DNA of 64,000 bases from Hormiphora californensis (GCA_020137815.1 CM035352.1:4278001-4342000), one strand, 5' to 3'. Positions 19,301 through 28,640 are shown, counted from the stretch's first letter. A program made the numbers and translations. Notes: generated by a model from the sequence alone, not told the origin.

Positions 19301-22300
19301 TGATGAACAATTGTCTTGATGATGAGATTACACTGACTAGAAACTTGAACAATGATCCTAGTAAGTCGTGAGTGTGTCTGAATGTGAGCATAATGATTTA
19401 AACACTGAAAGTAGTACCATTTGAGCATTGACCTGCCCGGTCGTAGAATAGTAGAATTTAGTGAAGCATTTGTTTTGAAGCATTGATTGAAGTATGTGAA
19501 TAAAGCAACTGTAATTACCTGGATCAAAAGTTGCATATGAACAACTTGTTTACAGCCCAAATTGAGATTCGGAATGGATTTATAATATCACATGAATACG
19601 TATTTCAGTGGAACGGTGTTAATATAATGGAGATAGTGCTAGTATATATGTATGAAGCCAGATGTCGTGACTAGTAACCGTACTATGATACGATGTGTTA
19701 AAATTGTTGAGGTGTGTATGTTGGCTCAGCCAAACCTGCACAAGTCACTTTCATTCGGCACAAACTTGTTTTGTAACTAGTCGACTAGGCATTCATTACG
19801 TCACTTTGATCATTAATCATTTGTCCTTTGTGAATGCTTGTTGCAACTCGTAGTATTTGCCAATAGAAATGTCTTTACAGTCAGGCTTGATTAGAGTGCA
19901 CTCTAGAGCTGTTGTGATAAAAAACCTCATGATGTGAAGTAAACAGTGTGTACTTGTTGGTTACAAGTTGAAATGTGTTTGAAATGGTATTGAAATAATG
20001 TGATCTGTGAACAAGCTTACTTGATGTTAGAGCGTGAAGTTGTAAAAAAAAATGTATGATAAGTGTAACGAGTTGTGGTGTGATAATTGTGGTGAATACC
20101 GAATATGACCGTATTAATTAATTTAGTGTTCCCAGTGCAGTAGCAGCATGGCTGAACTACCGTCTTCATCAACAGAGGAGGAACTAAGGGAGCTGCTGAA
20201 ATGTCCGGTGTGCTACTGTATTGTGCGTCCCCCTGTTACCCAGTGCCCTGAGGGACATGTAATTTGTATCGGTTGCAAAGAGCAACTAATGGAAGAGGTA
20301 TGCCCTGTCTGCAGGTCCCCCTTGCAGGGGAAAATACGAAACCTGTTCTTTGAAAAGGTAGCGACGATGTTGCCTCTTCTCTGTGAAAGTAACTGTGGAG
20401 AAGCAGTTGAATTCAATGACACAACACATTATTTGACCTGCACAAACCGATATGTGAAGTGCCCGGAAACGGACATTTGTACTCATGTGGGCACGCGGAA
20501 AGAGTTGAGGGATCATTTGTACGGACATGCTACTAGTGAAAAAGTGGTAGGAGACACCGTTGTACTAAAACTGGATTGCCTGGATGGGCAGAGAGCAAAG
20601 TCATGGACTCTTCCTCTCATTGCCTATGAGGAGCCCTTCTGGGTAAAAATTGAGAGTAAACCGAAGAAGGAGATTGAGGTAGCGGTATATTCGTTATCCT
20701 TGCTTGAAAAGAGGTTTGAAACAACCATTGACGTGAGGAGCAACAGTACTGACGGGGGCATCAAGTGGAACGGGCCAATTCCAAACCTGGAGAGCGACTA
20801 TGGTGTAAACGAGGGAGACGTCTTGATTATTCCGTGTCGAACCTGGCAGCGACTGCTCGGCACATCGAGGGATCTGAGTGTCAGGGTCCGAATTAGGCAG
20901 CAACAGACCGTGCAGCTCAATGGATGTGAAATCCAGTAGTGTGGGTGTGTGTGTGTGGGTTCGGCACCTCCCAAATCCAGTAGTGTGTGACAACACACAT
21001 GTAGGCGTGTGTAATGAATATAACCTGTACATGTGTATGGTGTGACTGAAACCCTTTATTTTATGTTTTCACAATGATCCTTGTTTTCATACCAGTTTAC
21101 TGCACTGCACTGTACGTTGTCTCCACACTAACCAAATTATTCTCCCTTTTATCATGACATAGGTAATGAGGTGGTGGACTCTGCAGTTATTTCTCGTCGG
21201 TGTTGGATTAACTCTATATGGGGCCATGGGCCTCCGGAAAGAGGATTCGTTAGACAACAGCAGGCAGTATCAAAGAAGAGGCGCCGAGGTTTTAACCAAA
21301 GAGGAAATCGGTGTCGCCCTGATTCCCGATAAACTACTTGCTACTTCCGACCAGTCAGTTCTACAATCTGTGTTTCTGAGTCTACGACTTCCAGGTACCC
21401 CAGCTAGTCCGTGTCTTATTCCATGTGTACCTGATCTCTCGAAACTGGCCCTGAATATGCCTACCAGTGAAGACAATTGTTGGATTCGACAAATGGCTAT
21501 TAACCAGATGACTGTTATTGAGACTAAGAAGGTGAATTCGGCAGTGTTATGTTTCTCAGAGTGTCTAATGGTGTCTCGGTGTCTGCAGCTTACTTACGAG
21601 TTCGAAACAGGGAAATGTATACTTGCTGACGGGAGAAGCTACCAGCTCACTAACATAAATCCAAACCTACCAAGTGACTCTGTGACATCAAGGCTTGAAT
21701 GCATCTTGGAGAAAATGGGAATGACCCGATCCTCTGCGTGTGGTGGAGAGCAAAACCCACTACATGATTTACTGGTGAAAGAGTTGGAGACCTCCCGGAG
21801 GCAATACCGTAGGTTATATTTGGACAGGTTCTATGATCTAAAGTCTGCATTTGACCTGACTCTGGAAGGCAAAAAGACCAGTCGACAGACCAGGGCCTCG
21901 TTGGATTTCCTGAACGACATTCCGGTAATTAATTATTTCTACCAGCTATTGAAGAGTCCAAGTGAAAATAAAAAAATCAAGGTTCACCTTCATGAGCTAA
22001 AAGAGGCATTCGAGATGTTTGCAGCGGACACTATTAACCGACTGAATTCGGAACGAGAGTACAACGGGCAGATATTACAGATTGTGGACAATGAAATCGA
22101 GGAAATCTATCAGCAAATGCATGGCATTAAATGTGATGTTTCCACCCTAGCTTCTCTCCTTGTCCAGCTCCAAGCAGATCGCATTTTCGAGAAAAAGCTG
22201 AGCACTTTGTTTTTCAGCACTACTCATGGAAAACTGGCTGTCCCCATCACCACTACCCTGAACCTGGCTGACCTAAAGAAGATCGTCTCCAAGAATCCCT

Positions 22301-25300
22301 TGTTCCAAGATACAGTTTATTTACAACGACCGGAAATGTTGTATAGATTAGGTGATCTCATGCTGATGGAGGTCACTGAGGGACCACAGTGTATCCTGTT
22401 TCACTTCCTGTTGATAGCTCCGAAGTTAGAACCACAAAACGTATTCCAGACGTATAAAGGCCTCTCGGTACCGATTAAAGGTGAAGAGGAAATGTGTTTT
22501 AGAGTGGAGATTCCCGAGTTACTTATTGTCGAGGAGAAACAGGTATCACAGGTTTCAACCACACAATGTATGGAGAAGGACAACGTAATATTCTGTTCCC
22601 AGTCGTTCACGGATAAGTTCTCCCCTCTAAAAGAGGAGTGGGACTGTTTTAACACCGGAAACTGCGAGCTGACTCCCTCACCATGCACCACGTCAATGGT
22701 TTTCACAAAAACTGGTGCACTAATATTTTCTGAGAAGGAAGTCCTGGGGATGAAGGTCGAGGATAAATCCTCACTCTCTGTCATCAGTGAAGCTGACAAA
22801 TGTACATATTTTGTTCCATGGGAACAATATAGTATGGTCCAAGCGGATAGAAAGGTAATGCAGCACCCTTTTGACAATGAAGTCACCTATCGAAACCTAT
22901 CCTGGACATCTCCTGAACTGAGCGCTGTATTAACTAGGACCCTGAGGCAAGCAAAAATACAGAGAGATCGCTCCAACATTACCCTGCTATCACAATTGGT
23001 GGAACAGCAAAAAGTTATGGTGAAATCGGACTATGAAGTTGGTTTTCTTGGACTGCCGGTCTCGAGACGCAAGTTCATGGAAATAATTGGATGGATAAGT
23101 TTAACATCCACGGTGATAATGGTGATAATGTATTGTATGCGGAGATATAAAGATGGAGTGTTAAATCGGGTAAACTTTGTAGCGGAACAAATCGGAAGAT
23201 TGGGACCGGGGGTAACCCCATCTCATGGCGCCTCGGTGCCGGCTGTCGAACATGGTTCGCGGCCGGAGCCACGGCCGTCTATCGAAGGATACAGTGGTGT
23301 GCGACATGGTCTTCACATCACTTCCGACGATCTTCCTGTTGAATCTGCAAGTGGCGAACCTGACTACGTAGTGATGACACCCATTCCGACTGCACCTGTT
23401 GAAACTCCTACTCCCTCCAATCCTCCTACTACAGAACATGGTTCTACAGTAATGAGAAATGGAGACACTCCGAGGAGGAACCCCCCTGTGTGGCTGTATC
23501 CAGAGTTGGAATAAAGTGTTGACATCTCTATAGGACATTAACTCTGTAATATACCGGACTTCCAAAATTTCGACAATTGTTATGTTTCTCTGTTTGATTA
23601 TTTTCTTCTTGTGGATGACTCGACAGTACCGAGGAAGGAGGACACGTAGGGGAGAGAGGGTAATACGAGTAGTTTTCCCAAGAGTGAGACTCCCAGGAGG
23701 AGTTGTGACCAATGGGGGATCGGGATGTGCGTGTGATACCCGGCCAACTTTACCGCCTCGGGTGGTTCATGAGGATTACCCGTTCAGATGGCTTATCTAT
23801 ATAAGGTTTCTGGAAAGGGCTGAAGAGCTGTCTGTGGAATTCCAAAGACACCACATGCTCAACCAGGATGTAATGGACGCGTATGACGCGTTCACAAGAT
23901 CCAAAAATGAAATTCTGAAGGCACTAAAAAAGAGGATGAGAGACCACTACGGAATGAGGTTGAATGAACTCCCTGCACAGAGATGGAGGGAACAACTGAT
24001 AGAAGGAGTGGACATGATTAACTCGGTGGTGAACCCAACTGGTACCCCGGGAGCAGACGGGACCTGGCGAGGTGTAGCTTGCGTGCAAATGAGGAGAGGG
24101 CTGCAGTGTTTGATAAGCCTATATAATGAAAGAGCTGACGGACTGTAATCATGTGGAGACTGTATGTTACTGTCTGTGATCACTGTCGGAACTGAACTGT
24201 CTGAACTGGTGTATAATTTATAAAAATAATAAAAAAAGTATATATGAAAAATATGTGAAAGTGAAAACATGTAAACGTATCCTGTAACTGTATTTAACCG
24301 TACCCTGTGACCGTATCCTAGAAATGTATAATGTAACTGTATCCGTATTGTAACCTTTATTTAGTTTAAGACCAAGCGGTCGACTTTTTGTATAAACCTC
24401 GTTTCAATGTAACCGGAGTGTTGGATTTGGAAACCCGGAGAAGGAGGTTAAAACCCGTCTCATAGGAGGGGGTGAATATGTGCGATCACCACACCCATAC
24501 AACAGCCACATACATACATATATAACCCAAACCCAAACCTAAACCCTAACACTAAACCTAACCCTAACCCAAACCCCAACCCTAATTATAAACCTAACCC
24601 TAACCCAAACCCCAACCCTAATTATAAACCTAACCCTCAAACCTGAATCCTAAAACCCGAAGCCTACTTTAACCTATGGACTTGATAAGCAGGGTGTGTG
24701 TGTGTGTGTGTTTTGCACCGCCCGTCATTCCTCCCACTTTACTGCCCCACAATGGTCGGCAGACAACCTATATTAATATCACTCTTCGCCACCGTCCCCC
24801 ACACGTAGGGATAATGTTGATGTTGTTCCGGTTTGGGTCCTGGTATTTTGTCGAGCAAGCTCAACATTTCCCTCGAACCTTCGCCGGCATCACAAGAAGA
24901 GTATTTGATACAGTGAATCTAATATTAGACTGACATACCTATATTGTCAGGACAATGGATGGAATTTACCTGTCTCACAGACTGGTCTTTGGTTACTACT
25001 GCTCCAGGGAGCTGTAGAGGTAGGTGGGTTGCCGGATATGACAATACCGTGGGTTCACCATCTAATCGGTGACGGCTGAAATATCTTATCACACCTCAGG
25101 TCTTTGGTCAAAACCGCTAGCAGTACTTATCAGCATGCAACCTGGGGGTCCGGACAGCTAATTTCTTAGCAAGCACAGATAAGCATGAAAAACGCTTATG
25201 TAAACTTCTGGTGAGCATTTGGCAAATTATCAGCTCCCAGGGGTTGCACTATTGCGGGGTAATTACTTGCCATACGGCGGAGGTGGCCCTTTGTTATGGC

Positions 25301-27911
25301 CCAGACCTGCCCTACCTTAATCGTGGGTCCCTTATGATGTGGTTTTGTTGGAATTCCCCGGCCGTAGCGATTCTTGCCCTGTGGTTTGCTACTTCTTTCA
25401 GGTCGGGATGGTTGGGGATGGTTTAATCGAATAGGTTACTTTTGGCTATTAGTTTGGAGAATTTTACCAAATCAAGTGTGTTGCTTGATCTGTTTGTTAG
25501 TGAGGAGGATTATTCTAGATATATTGCAAAGGTAGTATGTGGCAAAAATTTGGGCAGAGGTTCCCCAGGGGAATAACCCCTATTTTTGCGAGAGAAGGTA
25601 ACCTCCGTCCGACCAATATGGGATGTTGGACAGGAGGGCTGTTTTAAAGGCTACAGCTGCCGGGTGATTACAAATCATGGGTTGCCGTAATTGAGGGAGG
25701 CTAGTTCTCTGGCGTAGAATTTACCCCCATAATTAAATGGGAGACAGCCGAAGGGTCATCAGGCATGCCTAGTAGGCAGAGGCCCTCGGTGATTACAAAT
25801 CATGGGTTGCCATGTGTAACAAGGTTACTGGCTGGGGTGAGATTATCAGTTCAACCGGGATCCTCACTAAGACTCAGCCCGACGACCGACCGACAAACGA
25901 TCGATCAACGACTGATATCAATCGTCAACCAACCGCTCATCAATCGACCGCCGAACCAAATCCCAGCAGGGACCAGCCGCACTGCAAGAGCTCGGTGCCA
26001 TAGTTGAGTTCGGCAAGGTCTCTGGCAAAGTTTACTCCCCAAGATTGGGGAGAGAGCCGGTGTGATTTGACCGTAATCATTGGACCATCAGCCAACCAGG
26101 TCCACGGCAACGGGACTGAGCTCGAAGAACTCAGCTGGCACGAAGAACCTGAGTTCCCCCCGCTGTGATAAGCAGGGTGAAGCCTTATACTATTTTCCGA
26201 ATGCATGAAATCTCTGTAAATGAAATTGTTTCCCATATATTCGAGTTGACGGAAATTGTCGACACTTAGTAGTCCGAGGGCATTATTTGTTATAGAGCAT
26301 GATAGCACTAGAGCTAAAATTCTATGAATCACGTGACTGGGCAGGTCAATATATCGTTTGGTTAAAGTCATAGAAGTGTGTCTTACCCTGTACCGATTTG
26401 ATTTGGAGTTTTCCAATATATTAACTTCTTCCAAAAACCTAAAAACCCAGACTATTTGACTTCTAGACACCCAACACCCAACACTTCATTTGAACCCGAG
26501 TGGTGCGACCCACACAATCCATGGTGTGTAGGAACCTACCTGCTATAGTGATCCAGGGTGTGTAGGAACCTACCTGCTATAGTAATCCAGGGTGTGTAGG
26601 AACCTACCTGCTATAGTAATCCATGGTGTGTTAGGCACCTACCTGCTATAGTGATCCAGGGTGTGTAGGAGGCAGCGATAAAGAGATAGATTGTGGCGTG
26701 GTCACTGATCCTCAGGAATTCTGTAATGTTCCTGAAATGCAGGGAGATATTGTGAGTCATACTGCAGTACAGTATACACACTGTGTATTACACAGTACAC
26801 ACGCAGACAGACACAAAGATAGACAGAGGGATAGAAAAAGAACACACACGGTTGTATTGAGACATTGCCTCACACAATATTTTCATTCAGTGAATTCAAT
26901 TGTGCAGTATACTACATAGAAAGGCACTGCATCACGCACTTGCATGATAATATGATTTTCTCTATTTCAACCTCAAACAATAGAGATGCGTACATCACAC
27001 CTCTTTGTGAATGATAGGGAGGCGAATAAAAAGTATAATTTGGTGGCACAAAACTGTGAAAATTATTTTATTCGTGGACATCAGGTGATATTGCAGCCAT
27101 ATTATCAATAGAAGAGTTGTTTGTTTAGGGGGAATGTTTGTAGAATGTGCCACTCGGGTAAAGTATGACAACTGAGGTGGGGTAACATGAATGGAGAGAG
27201 ACACGTACAACGAGAGGATTATATCTAAAGACTAGAGAGAGATCAGTCCAGAAAAGAAGAGGATAAGATAACATCTCATGCACTATGCACCTATGAAAAG
27301 AAGAGGGTGTTGAAACTGAGGTATAACAGTTCTCACTAACCTGTATGGTGTAAAGCAGGAACAATGGTACAGGGTGCTCACGGAGAAGAGAATGATCAGG
27401 GAAGCCCCATAGATCCACGCATTCCAGAGGTCCTCCTGGGTCTTGGCCAACGTGCAGAACAGGTATAACATGTACAGACTGGATGGTATAAACATCTGGG
27501 GAAATATTGGGGGTTGTTAGAAGTAGTTTGCTATTTTGTATTGTGTTATGCAGAAAGCGGATGTGTCTACTATGCTGCGATGTAGCGACTTTTGTGAGTG
27601 AAATGCCATTGCGTCTGCTGCAGCTGAAGACCGGAAATAGACAGGAAACTAGACAGGCATGAGAGAGAAGTGAGTCTAAATTGGAATATTTTCCGGGTAG
27701 GTAATCAATTATACAAACAAATTGTTTCAAACTATAAAAAGCAATAGGATGTTAGAAATTGCTACTGATCATATCCCGAAGTAGACATATTTTCAGTCAT
27801 TAAAATGCCACTCACCCCATGAGTTAAGCAGTTAGCAGCCTCCTCCACAATTGTGCTCTGTTTTGACTTGATGCTGCACTCATGGTCCGCAACCTGGTGA
27901 CGTTGGCACAT
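10398..27911 (-). CDS. MMD: Monocyte-to-macrophage differentiation factor (PAQR/hemolysin-III family) membrane protein
   Basis: Exons 27911-27816, 27495-27341, 26731-26643, 11889-11799, 11196-11127, 10604-10398 join in phase. Motifs EEAANCLTHG, STLYH, DHATIYLFIAASYTPW, FFKLEGKMLFAHAIWHIFV. A further 5' exon is possible. Confidence 0.9.
12255..12611. repeat. 34-bp minisatellite, left part (continues 26517-26670 beyond the retrovirus)
   Basis: Unit CCTACCTGCTATAGT(G/A)ATCCAGGGTGTGTAGGAA, about 10 copies on the left and 4 on the right. It equals the MMD exon-3 end plus splice donor on the minus strand. Confidence 0.9.
12612..13166 (+). repeat. 5' LTR (555 bp)
   Basis: TGTGCG...CACACA. Matches 24479-24696 plus 26180-26516 in length, with no difference seen by eye. 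Confidence 0.95.
13170..13187 (+). promoter_or_regulatory. Primer-binding site, probably tRNA-Arg
   Basis: TGGCGACCCCGAAGGGAC, 3 nt after the LTR. It is close to the complement of the animal tRNA-Arg(TCG) 3' end as I recall it (TGGCGACCACGAAGGGAC). Confidence 0.8.
13382..14695 (+). CDS. gag: Gag (capsid-like region + CCHC nucleocapsid knuckle)
   Basis: 437-aa ORF with LRGRTQKSSESLAEFADELSKLA (gypsy gag motif) and CWRCSERGHFARDC. Confidence 0.93.
   Translation: MARPNPNPELDAAEMYADVLTAFQVEDLNDVQSSALERLIKRERDRIQTTNADADLEQIRSRAGLILNRNQLSALSRKPPIFDWDKMEMKRYIKMFEAYTHGQRLDDQTRITIFQTYLTEGTLEKLDNAMPDFDPEQRTWEEYKTKVIQVIAMLKQDQSLQARIALRGRTQKSSESLAEFADELSKLAHKGWPKMDDKVTREMVLKDALVSGAKKDEVGVWLIQQQDEMSYTEMVRKGTTRELSYKAREGMKAHEGLEVSVLRAAPTEPDNQASGKNWGNQQVAARPSGIQQLQVSNWQTNRPPPNGDHRTQDPRYGDVRPSFDLENIICWRCSERGHFARDCSLPRFRGNNSYDRRPSYNRNSQMYNQQNRPSYQVPRNQTGQGHGPNRSLGYGPYSDPWEPSRHVSFAAMPETTRTNTPNPRGPVVESSNPAPEN
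14686..14723 (+). promoter_or_regulatory. -1 programmed ribosomal frameshift signal (gag to pro/pol)
   Basis: G_GAA_AAC immediately before the gag TAG, a 7-nt spacer, then stem CCCCTCCCA/TGGGGAGGGG. The -1 frame is open into the protease. Confidence 0.8.
14692..18856 (+). CDS. pol: Pol: aspartic protease, reverse transcriptase, RNase H, integrase; three 1-nt frame disruptions (~15024, ~18390, ~18452)
   Basis: ALVDSGS...ILGQDFL; RMPLGL and AFVDD; YTDAS; HHCC zinc finger, AIDLVG, SDRG, GQVE. A GPY/F-like KFRTGFTGVYVI lies in a shifted frame. Acidic tail runs to 18856. Confidence 0.93.
20148..20939 (+). CDS. SIAH/SINA-family RING E3 ubiquitin ligase, intronless, carried inside the retroelement
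   Basis: LKCPVCYCIVRPPVTQCPEGHVICIGC...CPVCRSPLQGKIRNLFFEKVA is the SINA RING signature. It is followed by two zinc fingers and a beta-rich TRAF-like C-terminus. Confidence 0.9.
   Translation: MAELPSSSTEEELRELLKCPVCYCIVRPPVTQCPEGHVICIGCKEQLMEEVCPVCRSPLQGKIRNLFFEKVATMLPLLCESNCGEAVEFNDTTHYLTCTNRYVKCPETDICTHVGTRKELRDHLYGHATSEKVVGDTVVLKLDCLDGQRAKSWTLPLIAYEEPFWVKIESKPKKEIEVAVYSLSLLEKRFETTIDVRSNSTDGGIKWNGPIPNLESDYGVNEGDVLIIPCRTWQRLLGTSRDLSVRVRIRQQQTVQLNGCEIQ
21166..23514 (+). CDS. env: Env: class I (F-type) fusion glycoprotein with PAN/apple-like insert
   Basis: Signal peptide; PAN-like Cys pattern at ~21475-21705; furin-type site RQTR at 21883-21894 followed by a hydrophobic peptide and heptad repeat; Cys-rich region; TM at ~23074-23139; Pro-rich tail of about 125 aa. 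Confidence 0.85.
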   Translation: MRWWTLQLFLVGVGLTLYGAMGLRKEDSLDNSRQYQRRGAEVLTKEEIGVALIPDKLLATSDQSVLQSVFLSLRLPGTPASPCLIPCVPDLSKLALNMPTSEDNCWIRQMAINQMTVIETKKVNSAVLCFSECLMVSRCLQLTYEFETGKCILADGRSYQLTNINPNLPSDSVTSRLECILEKMGMTRSSACGGEQNPLHDLLVKELETSRRQYRRLYLDRFYDLKSAFDLTLEGKKTSRQTRASLDFLNDIPVINYFYQLLKSPSENKKIKVHLHELKEAFEMFAADTINRLNSEREYNGQILQIVDNEIEEIYQQMHGIKCDVSTLASLLVQLQADRIFEKKLSTLFFSTTHGKLAVPITTTLNLADLKKIVSKNPLFQDTVYLQRPEMLYRLGDLMLMEVTEGPQCILFHFLLIAPKLEPQNVFQTYKGLSVPIKGEEEMCFRVEIPELLIVEEKQVSQVSTTQCMEKDNVIFCSQSFTDKFSPLKEEWDCFNTGNCELTPSPCTTSMVFTKTGALIFSEKEVLGMKVEDKSSLSVISEADKCTYFVPWEQYSMVQADRKVMQHPFDNEVTYRNLSWTSPELSAVLTRTLRQAKIQRDRSNITLLSQLVEQQKVMVKSDYEVGFLGLPVSRRKFMEIIGWISLTSTVIMVIMYCMRRYKDGVLNRVNFVAEQIGRLGPGVTPSHGASVPAVEHGSRPEPRPSIEGYSGVRHGLHITSDDLPVESASGEPDYVVMTPIPTAPVETPTPSNPPTTEHGSTVMRNGDTPRRNPPVWLYPELE
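23582..24148 (+). CDS. Unknown accessory ORF (hydrophobic N-terminus, polybasic stretch, helical domain)
   Basis: Intact 188-aa ORF between env and the PPT. The frame is open upstream to an AG at 23532-23533. AATAAA follows. Confidence 0.6.
   Translation: MFLCLIIFFLWMTRQYRGRRTRRGERVIRVVFPRVRLPGGVVTNGGSGCACDTRPTLPPRVVHEDYPFRWLIYIRFLERAEELSVEFQRHHMLNQDVMDAYDAFTRSKNEILKALKKRMRDHYGMRLNELPAQRWREQLIEGVDMINSVVNPTGTPGADGTWRGVACVQMRRGLQCLISLYNERADGL
24464..24478 (+). promoter_or_regulatory. Polypurine tract
   Basis: AGGAGGGGGTGAATA directly before the 3' LTR TG. Confidence 0.85.
24697..26165 (-). mobile_element. Non-coding (CA)n-tailed retroposon inserted in the 3' LTR
   Basis: 14-bp TSD TGATAAGCAGGGTG at 24683-24696 and 26166-26179. 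(TG)n at the left end. Second copy at 58172-60529. Confidence 0.9.
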
Positions 27912-28177
27912 CTCTTCACCCTTCGCTAAAGACGTTCAGAGATGTTAGGGACGTAACAGGGACGTAACAGGGACGTAACAGAGTAACTTGTATCTATTTA
28001 AGTTCAAGCATCAAGATTTAAGTTATGGGAGCACTCTCCCCTTAAAAAAGATGGCCCATCACTCATCAGTCATCACTAATCTATCACTGACGGATAACCA
28101 ACAAGAGGACAACAGAGCCAAAAGCACAAATAAGTCAATATATGAACAGTATATCTATTATAAACTACCTCACTTAA

Positions 28178-28640
28178 ATCATCATCATCATCATCAATAA
28201 ACATTTAATATACCGCTTTATAGCATATATTGGTAAGATAACACTTAAAAAAGATAAAACTTTACGGATACCTTCCTGCTTTCAAAAGCGGTTTTTCTCT
28301 ACTTGATCAATAAATTAGAGTCCATGAGCTAGTGTTTATATAAATATCTAATTGTCCCTTGGTGCTTCTAACACCCTGTTTCCACGGATTATGTAGCGAC
28401 TTCCAGGGGACTGCTTTGCCTTCTCCTTCAGTTCAATCACTAGCTGCTTCCGTTCTTTCCGTTCTTCAACAGTTCTATCAGGAGAAAGAAAAACTTTACC
28501 AAACTTGTCGTTCCCTTTCAGCAGGGATTTCTTCGACAGGAGTGACATTTGAGCGTCTCTGCTCCTCAAAACGACTTTCACGGGTCTTGCAGACGAAGAC
28601 TGCTTTCCCATTCGCTCAGCGGATTTCAAATCGCCCACCC
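28178..28640 (-). mobile_element. 5'-truncated ORF1-only retroposon (CR1/L2-type ORF1 C-terminus, short UTR, (TGA)n tail)
   Basis: RPVKVVL...VFLSPDRTVEERKERKQL...YIIRGNRV is homologous to 30715-31677. On the minus strand the stop is followed by TAAATGTTTAT(TGA)n. Confidence 0.65.

Larger units (their letters stand above)
12612..26516 (+). mobile_element. Full-length env-bearing Ty3/gypsy LTR retroelement (endogenous retrovirus-like) with accessory genes
   Basis: TG...CA LTRs at 12612-13166 and 24479-26516 (interrupted). TSD ATCC at 12608-12611 and 26517-26520. PBS and PPT present. Domain order PR-RT-RH-IN. Confidence 0.97.

Noticed and set aside
18627-19560. Additional small ORFs between pol and SIAH
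   Set aside because: They overlap the pol tail or are antisense, with no recognisable motif.
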